64,000 nucleotides of DNA. Origin: a virus. Both the position numbers and the translations under genes were made by a program. The notes under the pieces are model-generated. The model was not told the DNA's origin. It did not search any database and saw only the letters and a list, made by a program, of their open reading frames with translations. Shown here in pieces: positions 48,807 through 58,115 of the stretch (position 1 is the first letter of the stretch; each line of letters starts with the position of its first letter). The stretch spans positions 7,624 to 71,623 of the IMG/VR virus record IMGVR_UViG_3300042464_000191. The stretch is one strand, 5' to 3'.

Positions 48807-49853
48807 TTATCCTCCTCTTATTTTTCCTCGGTATTGATTGGTTTGTTGCATCTGTATATTTAATCGCTCGTCTGCAAAATTCTGTTGCTCTACTGATCCT
48901 CGTTCTTTTATTGTGTTTGCTCTTTGCTGTTTGATCTTTAGTGCCTGCAAAGAATTCATGCTATTAATCTTCTCTGCTGTTTTCTTATCTTTACTTACTA
49001 TGAACACTTCGGATGAGTTTTTAATTTTGTCACTCTTTGTTCCATTATCAAACTCTTGAGCTATTCTATCATTCTCCCTCTTCTTTGCCTGTATTATAAA
49101 CCATCCATCTAAAAGATCGTCATCGTCAATAACTTCTTTAGAAGGACACTCTGGTGACTCTTGTATGTTATCATACATCTGTGACCAAATTACCAAATTT
49201 TTTTGATTGTATGTTAGTTCGCACGTATCAGAATTATCAAATAGTTTGGCTTTAGTGTTTTCTCTAATAACCCATAGCGACTTCCACGGTTCATTTCTAG
49301 CTAATTCGCGGGACTGAGTGTCGCCTAAGAATGAACTTTGCCATTCATCTGTAACATAGTTAATACTAATGTCACTAAAGTCATAAAGGGCATTATCACA
49401 AAAAGTAGAATTTTTGATAATCCAAGTAACTTTTTCAGTTGTTGCAAATCCCTCCCTAGTATTCTGATGATATAGGTTTTTACGAGACAGATGTTGAGCA
49501 AACTGTTTCTCGCCTATCCTTAAATATAGTCTGATTTTTTCTCTTAGCTCTGCATTAGCTCTGGAGTTATAAATTTCTATTTTGAGTTTTTCAAGATCTT
49601 TTTTGAATCGCTCGGTTTTTGCATCGTCTTCTTCTGTCCATAAACCATGTTCTATCATCCACTGATTCATTTCATCTTCATCCATAATACCATCTATATA
49701 TGCTTGCTCGTATGCCGAATTGTATACTTCGCAAGACTCTACAGATTGATCGAATGTTAATGGTTTTATGATCAGTTTTTTGCTATTTTGACGAATAATA
49801 ACCTTACCGGATCGTATTTGTGCAATAAAAAACTCCCGCTCATGTTGTTTCAT
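48807..49853 (-). CDS. Putative tail assembly chaperone-like protein
   Basis: 348-aa ORF between the tube and tape measure genes; YDNIQESPECPSKEVIDDDDLLDGW; N-terminal half resembles 47542..48444 (DGIM...M.EHG.W). Confidence 0.55.
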   Translation of the reverse strand: MKQHEREFFIAQIRSGKVIIRQNSKKLIIKPLTFDQSVESCEVYNSAYEQAYIDGIMDEDEMNQWMIEHGLWTEEDDAKTERFKKDLEKLKIEIYNSRANAELREKIRLYLRIGEKQFAQHLSRKNLYHQNTREGFATTEKVTWIIKNSTFCDNALYDFSDISINYVTDEWQSSFLGDTQSRELARNEPWKSLWVIRENTKAKLFDNSDTCELTYNQKNLVIWSQMYDNIQESPECPSKEVIDDDDLLDGWFIIQAKKRENDRIAQEFDNGTKSDKIKNSSEVFIVSKDKKTAEKINSMNSLQALKIKQQRANTIKERGSVEQQNFADERLNIQMQQTNQYRGKIRGG

Positions 49854-49873
49854 AAAAACCTCATGGCGGGAGT
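49826..49873 (-). terminator. Intrinsic terminator/attenuator hairpin enclosing the RBS and start codon of the 49853 gene
   Basis: mRNA ACUCCCGC-CAUG-AGGUUUUUAUGAAACAA-CAUG-A-GCGGGAGU followed by UUUUU. Confidence 0.7.
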
Positions 49874-49926
49874 CTAATATTTTTGTGTCCTTTTAAGTCC
49901 TAGTAACAAGTTTTAATTAACGATCA

Positions 49927-50979
49927 TCATGTTCCGTGAGGACCAAGAATTTCAAGATCATTAAATGTACTATAGCTGTAAGTCATACTGACGTTACCAC
50001 CACCAGCATCACCACCGCCGTATGTAACAGACGATAGTCTATTCTTGCTACCAAGGTCGAAAGTTGTGCCATCCTGTAGAACGACTTCGATGGTTTCTTC
50101 GCCAGTGTTGTTGCCTTCATCTACGGTTCCAACATAAGCTGGCTTACCTTCTTCATAGGCACTAACGAAGTCACCCGAAACGGCAATAACTTCAAACTCA
50201 CATGTAACTTCGATTGGGAAGTTTGGAGCGCGATAATATGGAGCTTTTCTTCCAAGCTCTAGAATATCTTCACGACCCATATCAGCACTAATGCTAATAT
50301 TTTGAATGTGAGCTTTTGGTGAACTTGTAGCAGAATTCCAGTTGTTACCAGCACTAGTACTCTGTGTAACACCGTAGATTGATTTTGGTAATGTCGAAGA
50401 TGACATATCAACATTTTCTCTACGCTGAATACCACCAGCAATCGTGCCAGCCTGTAGATTCTTTGGAGTATCTGTGCCGAATTCGGAAGCCAAGGTTGAT
50501 GTAAACTTTGTAGCTGGAGTGTTCCATACCTTGTGATTACCAACCAATGTTACAGACTCTGTGCAGTTTCCGTCAACAGGGAGAGTATAGCTAACATTGT
50601 TGATGTAAAGGCCAGATAGATAAATTTCTACTGGGGCTGTTCCAGTTACAGCGTCTTGATCGTCAGCGAAAATGGCTAAAGCGGCACAGCATCGTTGCTT
50701 AGTTCTATTTACTAGTGTGTCTTCTGTAGCGTCCGATGTTGCTAATCTATAAACTAGAGGATAGCCATCAAGAACCTTTTCGATTGTGAGTTCAACGTCT
50801 GGAAGACCTTCGATGTTTTCATAAATTGAAATTTGACCTAATTCGAAGGCTTGTTCTAGATTGAATGTGGTGTTAACACCAACGCTCTGTACGCCGTGAA
50901 CCTCAACAAAGTTATTATTGTCGGGGTATGGGCTAATCGCTACGGCCTGACAGGCGTAAAAAATTCGATTATTTGCCAT
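49927..50979 (-). CDS. Major tail tube protein with two tandem tube domains
   Basis: VQSVGVNTTFNLEQAFELGQ matches IQNISISADMGREDILELGR; strong RBS, upstream promoter motif and downstream terminator. Confidence 0.75.
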   Translation of the reverse strand: MANNRIFYACQAVAISPYPDNNNFVEVHGVQSVGVNTTFNLEQAFELGQISIYENIEGLPDVELTIEKVLDGYPLVYRLATSDATEDTLVNRTKQRCCAALAIFADDQDAVTGTAPVEIYLSGLYINNVSYTLPVDGNCTESVTLVGNHKVWNTPATKFTSTLASEFGTDTPKNLQAGTIAGGIQRRENVDMSSSTLPKSIYGVTQSTSAGNNWNSATSSPKAHIQNISISADMGREDILELGRKAPYYRAPNFPIEVTCEFEVIAVSGDFVSAYEEGKPAYVGTVDEGNNTGEETIEVVLQDGTTFDLGSKNRLSSVTYGGGDAGGGNVSMTYSYSTFNDLEILGPHGT

Positions 50980-51017
50980 TATATCTCTCCTGTTTAGTTG
51001 GGGAAACTCTAATTAGA

Positions 51018-51028
51018 TATACACGAAA
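51018..51028 (-). promoter_or_regulatory. Candidate late promoter motif TTTCGTGTATA
   Basis: Exact copy of the 17220-17230 motif, upstream of the tail tube gene. Confidence 0.6.
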
Positions 51029-51029
51029 A

Positions 51030-52007
51030 TTATATTGTAGGCTCAATTGTTTCGACCGTTAACCTAACAATACCAGCGTAAAAATTGGTATTTATCAGAT
51101 CCATACCTTGCACGGTAGTATTTTTAAGCCTTAATCCTCCCCTATAATGCTTGGATATTAAATCTGGGTATCTTAAAGCCCCAGAAACGGGAACACCACG
51201 ATAATCAAGGGGAAAATCTCCACTGCTAGCAATAGAATTACTATTGAACATTAGTATTGTTTTTTCATTCTGTAGCGAAATAATATCTACTAATTTATTT
51301 CTTGTAAATTCATCTTCAGCTAAACAGTGAAAAATAACGTCGGTGTCAACAAACTGACCACCTCCAAGCTGATAGCCTCTAAGGGTTCTTCGTGGAACAA
51401 CTTCTATGGCTATTGCCGGTAATTGAACCCTAGATTCTGGAGGAACATCAAATTCACCACGATCATTGTTATTAAAAGATAGAGGAAAATCCAGAGATCG
51501 ATATTGTATTTCTCGTATCCAAGGTAAATTATTAGCATATATTATATTGATATATTTATAGCTATATTCTGCTTGTACTTTGGAGCCGCTTGGAATAGGA
51601 TTATCAAATATTATGCGGCCATGAAAATAATCTACTTTATGAGAATATACGCCTGTGGTTGATGCGGGATAAAAAGTATCATTTACATAAATTCCAGAGA
51701 TGCCGGGAATGGCATTATTATTGCTTACTATGGGAGAAGGAGTGTGACTAATACCGCTTTGCCATATCCAATTTTTTCGAAATCCTTCCCACACAGTTCC
51801 AGTGGAAGCATTATTATCATCGTCGGCCATTCTCAATTTCGAATAGTCTTGACCGTTTGGAGATAATTCTCCCAATGTTACATTTTGGTAATTGCCCTTC
51901 TCCATTAAGGCCCAATCCAAAAATTCAACAAGATTATCTTGTATCTCATTATTGAGAGTTGTGTCGAATACGCTGTTGAATCCTTTAAGGTTGAGGTAAT
52001 TTGACAT
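51030..52007 (-). CDS. Putative tail terminator/completion protein
   Basis: VDYFHGRIIFD insert; QLPAIAIE...GYQLGG...DVIFHCLAEDEFTRNKLVD; lies before the tube gene. Confidence 0.6.
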   Translation of the reverse strand: MSNYLNLKGFNSVFDTTLNNEIQDNLVEFLDWALMEKGNYQNVTLGELSPNGQDYSKLRMADDDNNASTGTVWEGFRKNWIWQSGISHTPSPIVSNNNAIPGISGIYVNDTFYPASTTGVYSHKVDYFHGRIIFDNPIPSGSKVQAEYSYKYINIIYANNLPWIREIQYRSLDFPLSFNNNDRGEFDVPPESRVQLPAIAIEVVPRRTLRGYQLGGGQFVDTDVIFHCLAEDEFTRNKLVDIISLQNEKTILMFNSNSIASSGDFPLDYRGVPVSGALRYPDLISKHYRGGLRLKNTTVQGMDLINTNFYAGIVRLTVETIEPTI

Positions 52008-52010
52008 ATT

Positions 52011-52646
52011 CTACCTCAATATTTTTTTGAAAGAGTATGCCAAATCAATTTCTTGTTGTGGGCCGATAAATGCTCTAGTAATAAAATTGTCTGTTTCGGT
52101 TCCAGAGAATTGTGGTGGAACTCTGAAAGACCCTCCACCAACCATGTGTCCTAATCCAGACCTACCTATTCCTGACTCTGGACTATATTGATAATTAGTA
52201 ACAATAATGTTATCGCCACGCTTGAGCAACCAATCTAGCCAATGTAAGTCACCGCCGTTGTATATGGTGTGACCTTGTGGTAAAGATAGTAAATTGCTAA
52301 AATTGCTGGGCTGAAACTGTAATTCTAACCCACCCTTAAGATTTGGCGAGAATTTAACTATTTTAATCACCGTAGCGTCCACTACTGCTTGAATGATAGC
52401 ATTTACTATCGACATAGTTTCGCCGGGAATGCCAAATTGCCCTTTTAAAGAATAAGCCGGATCTGTTGATAAAAGTGCAGATATTTCTGGTTGTCTATGA
52501 ATCCATATTGGTATAAGGGTTTTAACCTCGCTAAGTATTTCGCCTTGTTTTCTATTCATTACAGAATTCATATGATCGGCTATTGCTTTATTAACATTTT
52601 TTTCAATAGCGCGAATAGAGTCTGTAATTTTAATAGATAGTGTCAT
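52011..52646 (-). CDS. Putative neck/tail completion protein
   Basis: WLDWLL..G and GT..DNFITRA motifs; TAATG-coupled start at 52646. Confidence 0.55.
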   Translation of the reverse strand: MTLSIKITDSIRAIEKNVNKAIADHMNSVMNRKQGEILSEVKTLIPIWIHRQPEISALLSTDPAYSLKGQFGIPGETMSIVNAIIQAVVDATVIKIVKFSPNLKGGLELQFQPSNFSNLLSLPQGHTIYNGGDLHWLDWLLKRGDNIIVTNYQYSPESGIGRSGLGHMVGGGSFRVPPQFSGTETDNFITRAFIGPQQEIDLAYSFKKILR

Positions 52647-53128
52647 TATATTCTCTTCCACAAGCAAGAAAAATATCTATCATTTTTAAATGTCACTGGA
52701 GCGTACTCGCCCATCATCTCGTATCTAAGTTCTTTTATGTCTTTTATATCTTTGTGAATAATCATAGCTTTGGCTTGTAAAATCTTTGGTAGATCAGACA
52801 TAAAACCAACGGTTTGTACAGAACCTTCTGGAGCTTTTATATTACCGCCAACATTTACCCATTGTCTAGGGTCATAATATACCTTAAGTTTAATATCAGT
52901 TAAAACTTCTACTTCTTTGATAATCTTATTGGCTCGTTCATAATCACCGCCGCGTATTCTATGTGCATTAATAGAATTTTTCTCTGGTATATTATTATTG
53001 GGTGTATGTACAATTTCTTCAACCTTGTTGATAGATACTAATTGACATGTAACACCAAATATTTCTATGGTATAGTCGATAGCTTCATTATATTTATCAA
53101 ATACGCTTTGTGGAATATTGATAGGCAT
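52646..53128 (-). CDS. Putative head closure/head-tail joining protein
   Basis: FGVTCQLV N-terminus, C-terminal W(K)R strand; size and position. Confidence 0.55.
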   Translation of the reverse strand: MPINIPQSVFDKYNEAIDYTIEIFGVTCQLVSINKVEEIVHTPNNNIPEKNSINAHRIRGGDYERANKIIKEVEVLTDIKLKVYYDPRQWVNVGGNIKAPEGSVQTVGFMSDLPKILQAKAMIIHKDIKDIKELRYEMMGEYAPVTFKNDRYFSCLWKRI

Positions 53129-53138
53129 TAAGTTAACC

Positions 53139-53651
53139 TTATATTGTTACATTTACCATTTGAACTTCTTCTATGGTATCCGCATCTTCTATGGCTCTTG
53201 CTTTTTCTGCATAAATGCCACTTAATTCTGATCTAGCCTGACCATAAGCTAGCATGATGCCAGTAAAATCAGATAAACTGATTAGATGAGATTGACCAGA
53301 TAAATCTACTATAGATACTGGAGCGTCTACGCCAATATTTGATGCTTCTTTAGCTAATAAAAATGCACCCGTTAATAGGCTTACATCTTGAACCGTAAGG
53401 CCGAGTTTCCAGCCGGATGGAGTTTCCCATCCCTGACTTAATCTATCGCTCCATTTTTGATCTAGTATTTGTTTTTTAACTACTTTTTCGCTTTCTAATC
53501 TCCATAAAACGACCAACTCGTTCATTTCAATTAGTTTGTCTGCTGGAATTTCTAATTCAGAATGAAAAATATATTGATTGTTTTCATCTATAGAAATACC
53601 ATCTATTGGAAAGATAGCTGAAATTTTTGCGTGTAGGTTAGAAAGATTCAT
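53139..53651 (-). CDS. Tail fibre assembly chaperone-like protein (DUF4376-like), paralog 1
   Basis: GWETPSGWKLGLTVQDVSLLTGAF.LAKEA...ML.YGQAR; follows a fibre gene. Confidence 0.65.
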   Translation of the reverse strand: MNLSNLHAKISAIFPIDGISIDENNQYIFHSELEIPADKLIEMNELVVLWRLESEKVVKKQILDQKWSDRLSQGWETPSGWKLGLTVQDVSLLTGAFLLAKEASNIGVDAPVSIVDLSGQSHLISLSDFTGIMLAYGQARSELSGIYAEKARAIEDADTIEEVQMVNVTI

Positions 53652-53652
53652 A

Positions 53653-55545
53653 TTAGCACTCCCAAGTTCCTAAAATACCACCAAAATAACCAGCCGCTCT
53701 ACTATCTCCACCATAAACAGTAGCGGTTCCAGCTAGAACGGATTCCATAGTATAGTAATAATTAATGCCAACATCGGGACCATTATCGAAAGAGAAATAC
53801 ATTGAGTGATGACCGGGAACGCCAGTAAGACGCCTCATGCTATACAAAGGATTAAAGTGTGTAGTTGGATTATCAACAAAAGATTTAACAACGCCAAAAT
53901 TATAGTTAACGGTGGTAGTTCCTTCATTAACAAATAATATCTGAGCGGATAATTCCACAAAACTATTTGTTAAAGAGAATCCGCCGTTTAAGATTTCTAC
54001 AGGTGAGAATGTATTATTGATTGGCCTCCAAGCAGAATTGGCATATGTCCAAGGACCATTAGCGGAGAATCTACTAACGGGCTTGATAAGCTTATTGTGT
54101 TGATTGTATAGTCCTCTTCTCGTTGAAGAATCTTCTGTTTGAGTAGAAGAAATAGCTTTGAAACTTCCTATATATCTTCTGGTAAGATCAGCAGCTTTGC
54201 ACCAAACGCCATTAAGGTTGGTCATAGCATTAGCAAATCTTTCCGAATTTGTCTGCCAAGAATCATAAATTTCTAAAGCTGGGGTGCCATTGTTATTATA
54301 GATCATAATATCATAAATCTTATTTGCGGTTAAGCTACTAAGATTTAGCGATAATGTTCCAAAGTTTACAACATCCCAGAATGTACCATTATAGATAGCT
54401 ATGGAGTTACCAGAGTGAGGACCGTAAAAAATTGTTGATGATATATCGCTACCTAGATAAAGTCTGCCACCAGCTATGTGAGCTACAGAAAAAGATAGTC
54501 TATCCGGTTTGATTCCACTAAGAGCTATTTTGGTATTAGTAACTGCACCGTTATCAATAGACCATATTGTACCATTACCACCAACGCTGATATCACCCTT
54601 ATCTCCATCTCCAAGTTTTTGAATACCGCTGTTTAAAACTCCAGAAACATTATTAATGACAGCGATTGAAGAATTGTAGAAAGAAACAATACGAGTATTT
54701 AATATACCAGAAACATTTTCGATATCATTGTATGATGAGTAGGTATCTGATAAATCTGGTATATCTTCTGAAACTAATTGTCTAAATGCCGGATAACCGG
54801 GAGAACAGGGTGGAGTGCAGCCACTTGGCGGTCCAGCAAAAACAGTTCCAGCATTTTGTTGCTTGAATAAAAAGTTCTGGTTAACTACTCCGCTTAACTC
54901 TAAAACATAGCTTGCGCCGCTTAGTGTATCGACTGAATTTGGGACGAAGTGAGCTAATTGTCTACCACCAACATAGCCACTGTCGCCATTATTGCCAGAA
55001 GGAAAATATAATCCCGAAGATCCACAAATAAAACCAGAAGCTTTAATTATAGATTGATATCCATCACCACCAAGATCTACTCCGTAGGCTGGAGAAGTGT
55101 TATTTATACCTAATCTAGAATTAGCAGAATCCCATACAAGATTATTACTGTAATTTAAATGATTAGACGATTCCCATATAGCAATGCCGCTTTTTTGAGG
55201 TAAACTAAAATCAGATATTCCAGAACAATTTGAAATAGCGTGTGTTGCGGGATAAGTTACGAATACTTCTTTGATGCCTTCTGGAAAATTTACTTTAGAA
55301 TTACTATTACTACTTTTGAATGGAAATCTAACTAATGAGTTCTGAACGCCAGTAACATATATGCCAGAACCTACTTCATAACTTGTGCCATCTGTAGCTG
55401 CGTAGAAAACATTGTCGTTGTTTTGATACGAAGATCCAAATGAGCTAAAGCCAATAACAGGACCGTTCAATAAAAAGTTGCCGGTGCCTAGTGTATAGCT
55501 AATTTCTTTTATACGATCAGAAACATAAATAACTTTTTCTGGCAT
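53653..55545 (-). CDS. Tail fibre/receptor-binding protein 1
   Basis: DRIKE...GTG N-terminal module; RLGINNTSP; GDKGDI; C-terminal domain shared with 58116..60002. Confidence 0.7.
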   Translation of the reverse strand: MPEKVIYVSDRIKEISYTLGTGNFLLNGPVIGFSSFGSSYQNNDNVFYAATDGTSYEVGSGIYVTGVQNSLVRFPFKSSNSNSKVNFPEGIKEVFVTYPATHAISNCSGISDFSLPQKSGIAIWESSNHLNYSNNLVWDSANSRLGINNTSPAYGVDLGGDGYQSIIKASGFICGSSGLYFPSGNNGDSGYVGGRQLAHFVPNSVDTLSGASYVLELSGVVNQNFLFKQQNAGTVFAGPPSGCTPPCSPGYPAFRQLVSEDIPDLSDTYSSYNDIENVSGILNTRIVSFYNSSIAVINNVSGVLNSGIQKLGDGDKGDISVGGNGTIWSIDNGAVTNTKIALSGIKPDRLSFSVAHIAGGRLYLGSDISSTIFYGPHSGNSIAIYNGTFWDVVNFGTLSLNLSSLTANKIYDIMIYNNNGTPALEIYDSWQTNSERFANAMTNLNGVWCKAADLTRRYIGSFKAISSTQTEDSSTRRGLYNQHNKLIKPVSRFSANGPWTYANSAWRPINNTFSPVEILNGGFSLTNSFVELSAQILFVNEGTTTVNYNFGVVKSFVDNPTTHFNPLYSMRRLTGVPGHHSMYFSFDNGPDVGINYYYTMESVLAGTATVYGGDSRAAGYFGGILGTWEC

Positions 55546-55561
55546 GTTGTGTTACTCCAAT

Positions 55562-56497
55562 TTATTGAACGACGGTTGGTGGAACACCACTTACTGCTCC
55601 AACACTTCTGCCGAAAACAACAAGATCATTCATAGCCGCGTCAACATATTCACCGGCATCGTTGATTACATGAAATGACAACTTGCGTAACATAGAAGCA
55701 TCGTCGCCATATCTTCGAACAACGCCAACAGTATTAACGCTAAAGTCTTCACCGGCATCGTTATCACTTCTAGCATTTGAATTAGCCATAGCAACGTAGT
55801 CATTGTTTGCTAAAACGCCAGAAACAAATGTTATAAGGAATTTACCAGCACCGCCATCTCTTTCAATTTGACGAATATTGTATGAATCACGAACTTGAAT
55901 TATGCCACCGCTAGCACTAAAGTTAATCCAAGCTTGAGCAACACCCTTGCCAGAACTAAAGCTGCTACCATCAGCATCAAACTTAACAGTTGTGCCACTT
56001 CCAACAATCATATTTTCTTTGGTGGAAGAAACATATTGAAATCTAATTCCATGATTATCACTTAAGCCATTATTACCGCTAGAATTAATCCAATTATTAC
56101 CTACTCCTAAGTTATCTTGCATAACTCTAGTACCATTAAGATGCATATACTGAGTATGTGGATCGCCAACTGTCAAACCAGCTAGCGTATTATGCTGTAT
56201 TCCACTTGCGCCGGGATATGGTTCATATTGAACACCTCCACCGGGAGAATTAGGAAAAGAAATTCCAGATTCTGCTATAAACATGCCGTACTGATTGTTT
56301 ACTATCTTAGCTCTGACGTTGCTACCAGTAAATGGTGTGCTTACATCAAAGTCTCCACTAGCAACAATTTGATTAATGGAATCAACAATGTCTTCCATAT
56401 TATGTCTAACGTCATAAGCAGAGATTAAACCAGCATTATTATCTGCTAATTCACTCTGTATGTTTGTTCTAATCTGATCTTGTGATAAAACAGCCAT
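55562..56497 (-). CDS. Virion fibre/decoration protein
   Basis: HNTLAGL..GDPHTQY motif; C-terminal AQAWINF...IQVRDSYNI..I...G.GKF.ITF domain common in phage fibres. Confidence 0.65.
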   Translation of the reverse strand: MAVLSQDQIRTNIQSELADNNAGLISAYDVRHNMEDIVDSINQIVASGDFDVSTPFTGSNVRAKIVNNQYGMFIAESGISFPNSPGGGVQYEPYPGASGIQHNTLAGLTVGDPHTQYMHLNGTRVMQDNLGVGNNWINSSGNNGLSDNHGIRFQYVSSTKENMIVGSGTTVKFDADGSSFSSGKGVAQAWINFSASGGIIQVRDSYNIRQIERDGGAGKFLITFVSGVLANNDYVAMANSNARSDNDAGEDFSVNTVGVVRRYGDDASMLRKLSFHVINDAGEYVDAAMNDLVVFGRSVGAVSGVPPTVVQ

Positions 56498-56508
56498 TTA
56501 ATCCTCCG

Positions 56509-57033
56509 TTAATATCTAAAATAACCGCCTCTAAAATCGTAATCGCTATGAGTTCTGGCGATAAAGTCACTGCCGGGGCTATATGGGCCAAGAATTGCTT
56601 TACCAGCTAATGCGCGATCATCTTCCTTATAATCGAACAGAAGTTTTTCATATTTATCGCATAGATCTTTGTATAGCACAGTTAGTGTACTAGCAACGCC
56701 TCTTAAATCTATAGAAGAAACGCCATCTCTAACAGAAATGGCATTGGAAGCTTCAGACTTGATTTCACTGCCAACAATAATGCAAGCAGTTTTCATAGAA
56801 GTTAATACTACAAATGCCTCATCTTTTGTTTCTTGATCCGTTGGATCTGGAGACAGTAAGCATTGCTCAACATTGATTTGATAGTCATTTGGAAATGATG
56901 TATCATGCGTTACTAGATATGATGCAACCAAAATAGATGTTTCTATTCTTTTGTCGCTATATTTATATGAAGATGGATCAACATCATTAATAAGATATCT
57001 AACTATAGTTGACATTTGACCTTGCCAAGACAT
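56509..57033 (-). CDS. Putative head-tail adaptor protein
   Basis: VRYLIND...YKYSD.RI and AISVRDGVSSID helical adaptor pattern. Confidence 0.6.
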   Translation of the reverse strand: MSWQGQMSTIVRYLINDVDPSSYKYSDKRIETSILVASYLVTHDTSFPNDYQINVEQCLLSPDPTDQETKDEAFVVLTSMKTACIIVGSEIKSEASNAISVRDGVSSIDLRGVASTLTVLYKDLCDKYEKLLFDYKEDDRALAGKAILGPYSPGSDFIARTHSDYDFRGGYFRY

Positions 57034-57040
57034 AAATCAC

Positions 57041-57346
57041 CTATAAGTTGCAGTGTACTTGAAATGTGTGAACATCTGTATAATAAGTGCCGCTTGGCAT
57101 TACAACTCTAGCTTGTAATTTATACAAACCGGCTTCATCTAAGTCGCCCGAAATGGTGTCATAGTATACTTGACCATCCGACCCATTAGTTAAAAGAATA
57201 CCAGATCTATAAACTATAGAGTCATCTGGTTTTTTAAAAACCATAGTAATGCTAGAGGCATTGGATATATTTACAGCTTCACCATCATCTTGGATAGTTA
57301 CCAAAAATCTAGTACCAATATTGTCTACGTGTAATTCGCTTGACAT
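57041..57346 (-). CDS. BppU N-terminal-like Ig domain protein
   Basis: IGTRFLVTIQDDG.AVNIS.A...FKKPD...DGQVYY....GDLDEAGLY.LQ. Confidence 0.65.
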   Translation of the reverse strand: MSSELHVDNIGTRFLVTIQDDGEAVNISNASSITMVFKKPDDSIVYRSGILLTNGSDGQVYYDTISGDLDEAGLYKLQARVVMPSGTYYTDVHTFQVHCNL

Positions 57347-57347
57347 G

Positions 57348-57410
57348 TTATCTATATAATATGATTTGTGAGGTTTGTTTTATGGACAGGGTTATGTGTA
57401 AAATTTTCAT
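57348..57410 (-). CDS. 20-aa micro-ORF
   Basis: MKILHITLSIKQTSQIILYR*; ATGA overlap upstream; stop 1 nt before the next ATG. Confidence 0.45.
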   Translation of the reverse strand: MKILHITLSIKQTSQIILYR

Positions 57411-57580
57411 AGTACAACTATCGGATTCTGCTGAATTGTCATAACGAAGTATAGGTTGGTCTGGGTTTCGCTCAAAATTTCTTGATCCTGCTGAACATAT
57501 AAAATAAGTGGATATTCCTGACCGTTTAAAAATACTGATCCAGACGCTGAAAACGATACAGAGCTAAAGCAGCCAAACAT
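57407..57580 (-). CDS. Small virion protein with MFG..S..FS N-terminus
   Basis: GAGGT RBS before ATG 57580; promoter motif just upstream. Confidence 0.6.
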   Translation of the reverse strand: MFGCFSSVSFSASGSVFLNGQEYPLILYVQQDQEILSETQTNLYFVMTIQQNPIVVL

Positions 57581-57596
57581 GAGTACCTCATCTAGA

Positions 57597-57607
57597 TATA
57601 CACTAAA
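57597..57607 (-). promoter_or_regulatory. Candidate late promoter motif TTTAGTGTATA
   Basis: One mismatch to the 17220/51018 copies; directly before the RBS of the 57580 gene. Confidence 0.55.
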
Positions 57608-58106
57608 TGGAAGCCAATTCATCTATAGAAATAGCTAGCTTTACAGCTTTCCTCCTATTAGCATCTTGAGAGCTTAATGACGCCCTAGCCTGTCCATATT
57701 GTAACATTAATATGGTTAATTCTTGTAGGGTTAAATTATGTGAATTTCCATCGGTGTCTATAATAAAAATAGGCGCATTTATGCCCATAGCAGACGCTTC
57801 TTTGGCTAGTGTAAAATTACCATTCAATAAGGCAACATCCTGAGTTGATATTCCAAGCTTCCAACCATATGCGGTTGTCCAGCCATTTTGAACAATAGTC
57901 TCCCAATCTTGATCAATTTGAGCTAGTTTTTCGATTTTGGCTTTTTCTAAAGGTAAATTGGATATGATGTTATTTATTTGATTTAACTGCTCTGTGGTTG
58001 GTATATCAACATAGTCAACTCTATATGAGTTATTTTCTACGCCAACCCCAAGTATTGGGATTATTTCGCTAATCAAATTGTGCAATATCTCTACGTCTAA
58101 TAACAT
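57603..58106 (-). CDS. Tail fibre assembly chaperone-like protein, paralog 2
   Basis: GWTTAYGWKLGISTQDVALLNGNFTLAKEA...MLQYGQAR; clear similarity to 53139..53651. Confidence 0.65.
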   Translation of the reverse strand: MLLDVEILHNLISEIIPILGVGVENNSYRVDYVDIPTTEQLNQINNIISNLPLEKAKIEKLAQIDQDWETIVQNGWTTAYGWKLGISTQDVALLNGNFTLAKEASAMGINAPIFIIDTDGNSHNLTLQELTILMLQYGQARASLSSQDANRRKAVKLAISIDELASI

Positions 58107-58115
58107 AAGTCCTCG

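Noticed and set aside
47542-49853. Programmed -1 frameshift (G/GT type) in the tail chaperones
   Set aside because: The genes are separated by stops with their own RBSs, and I saw no convincing slippery heptamer at their ends; not excluded computationally
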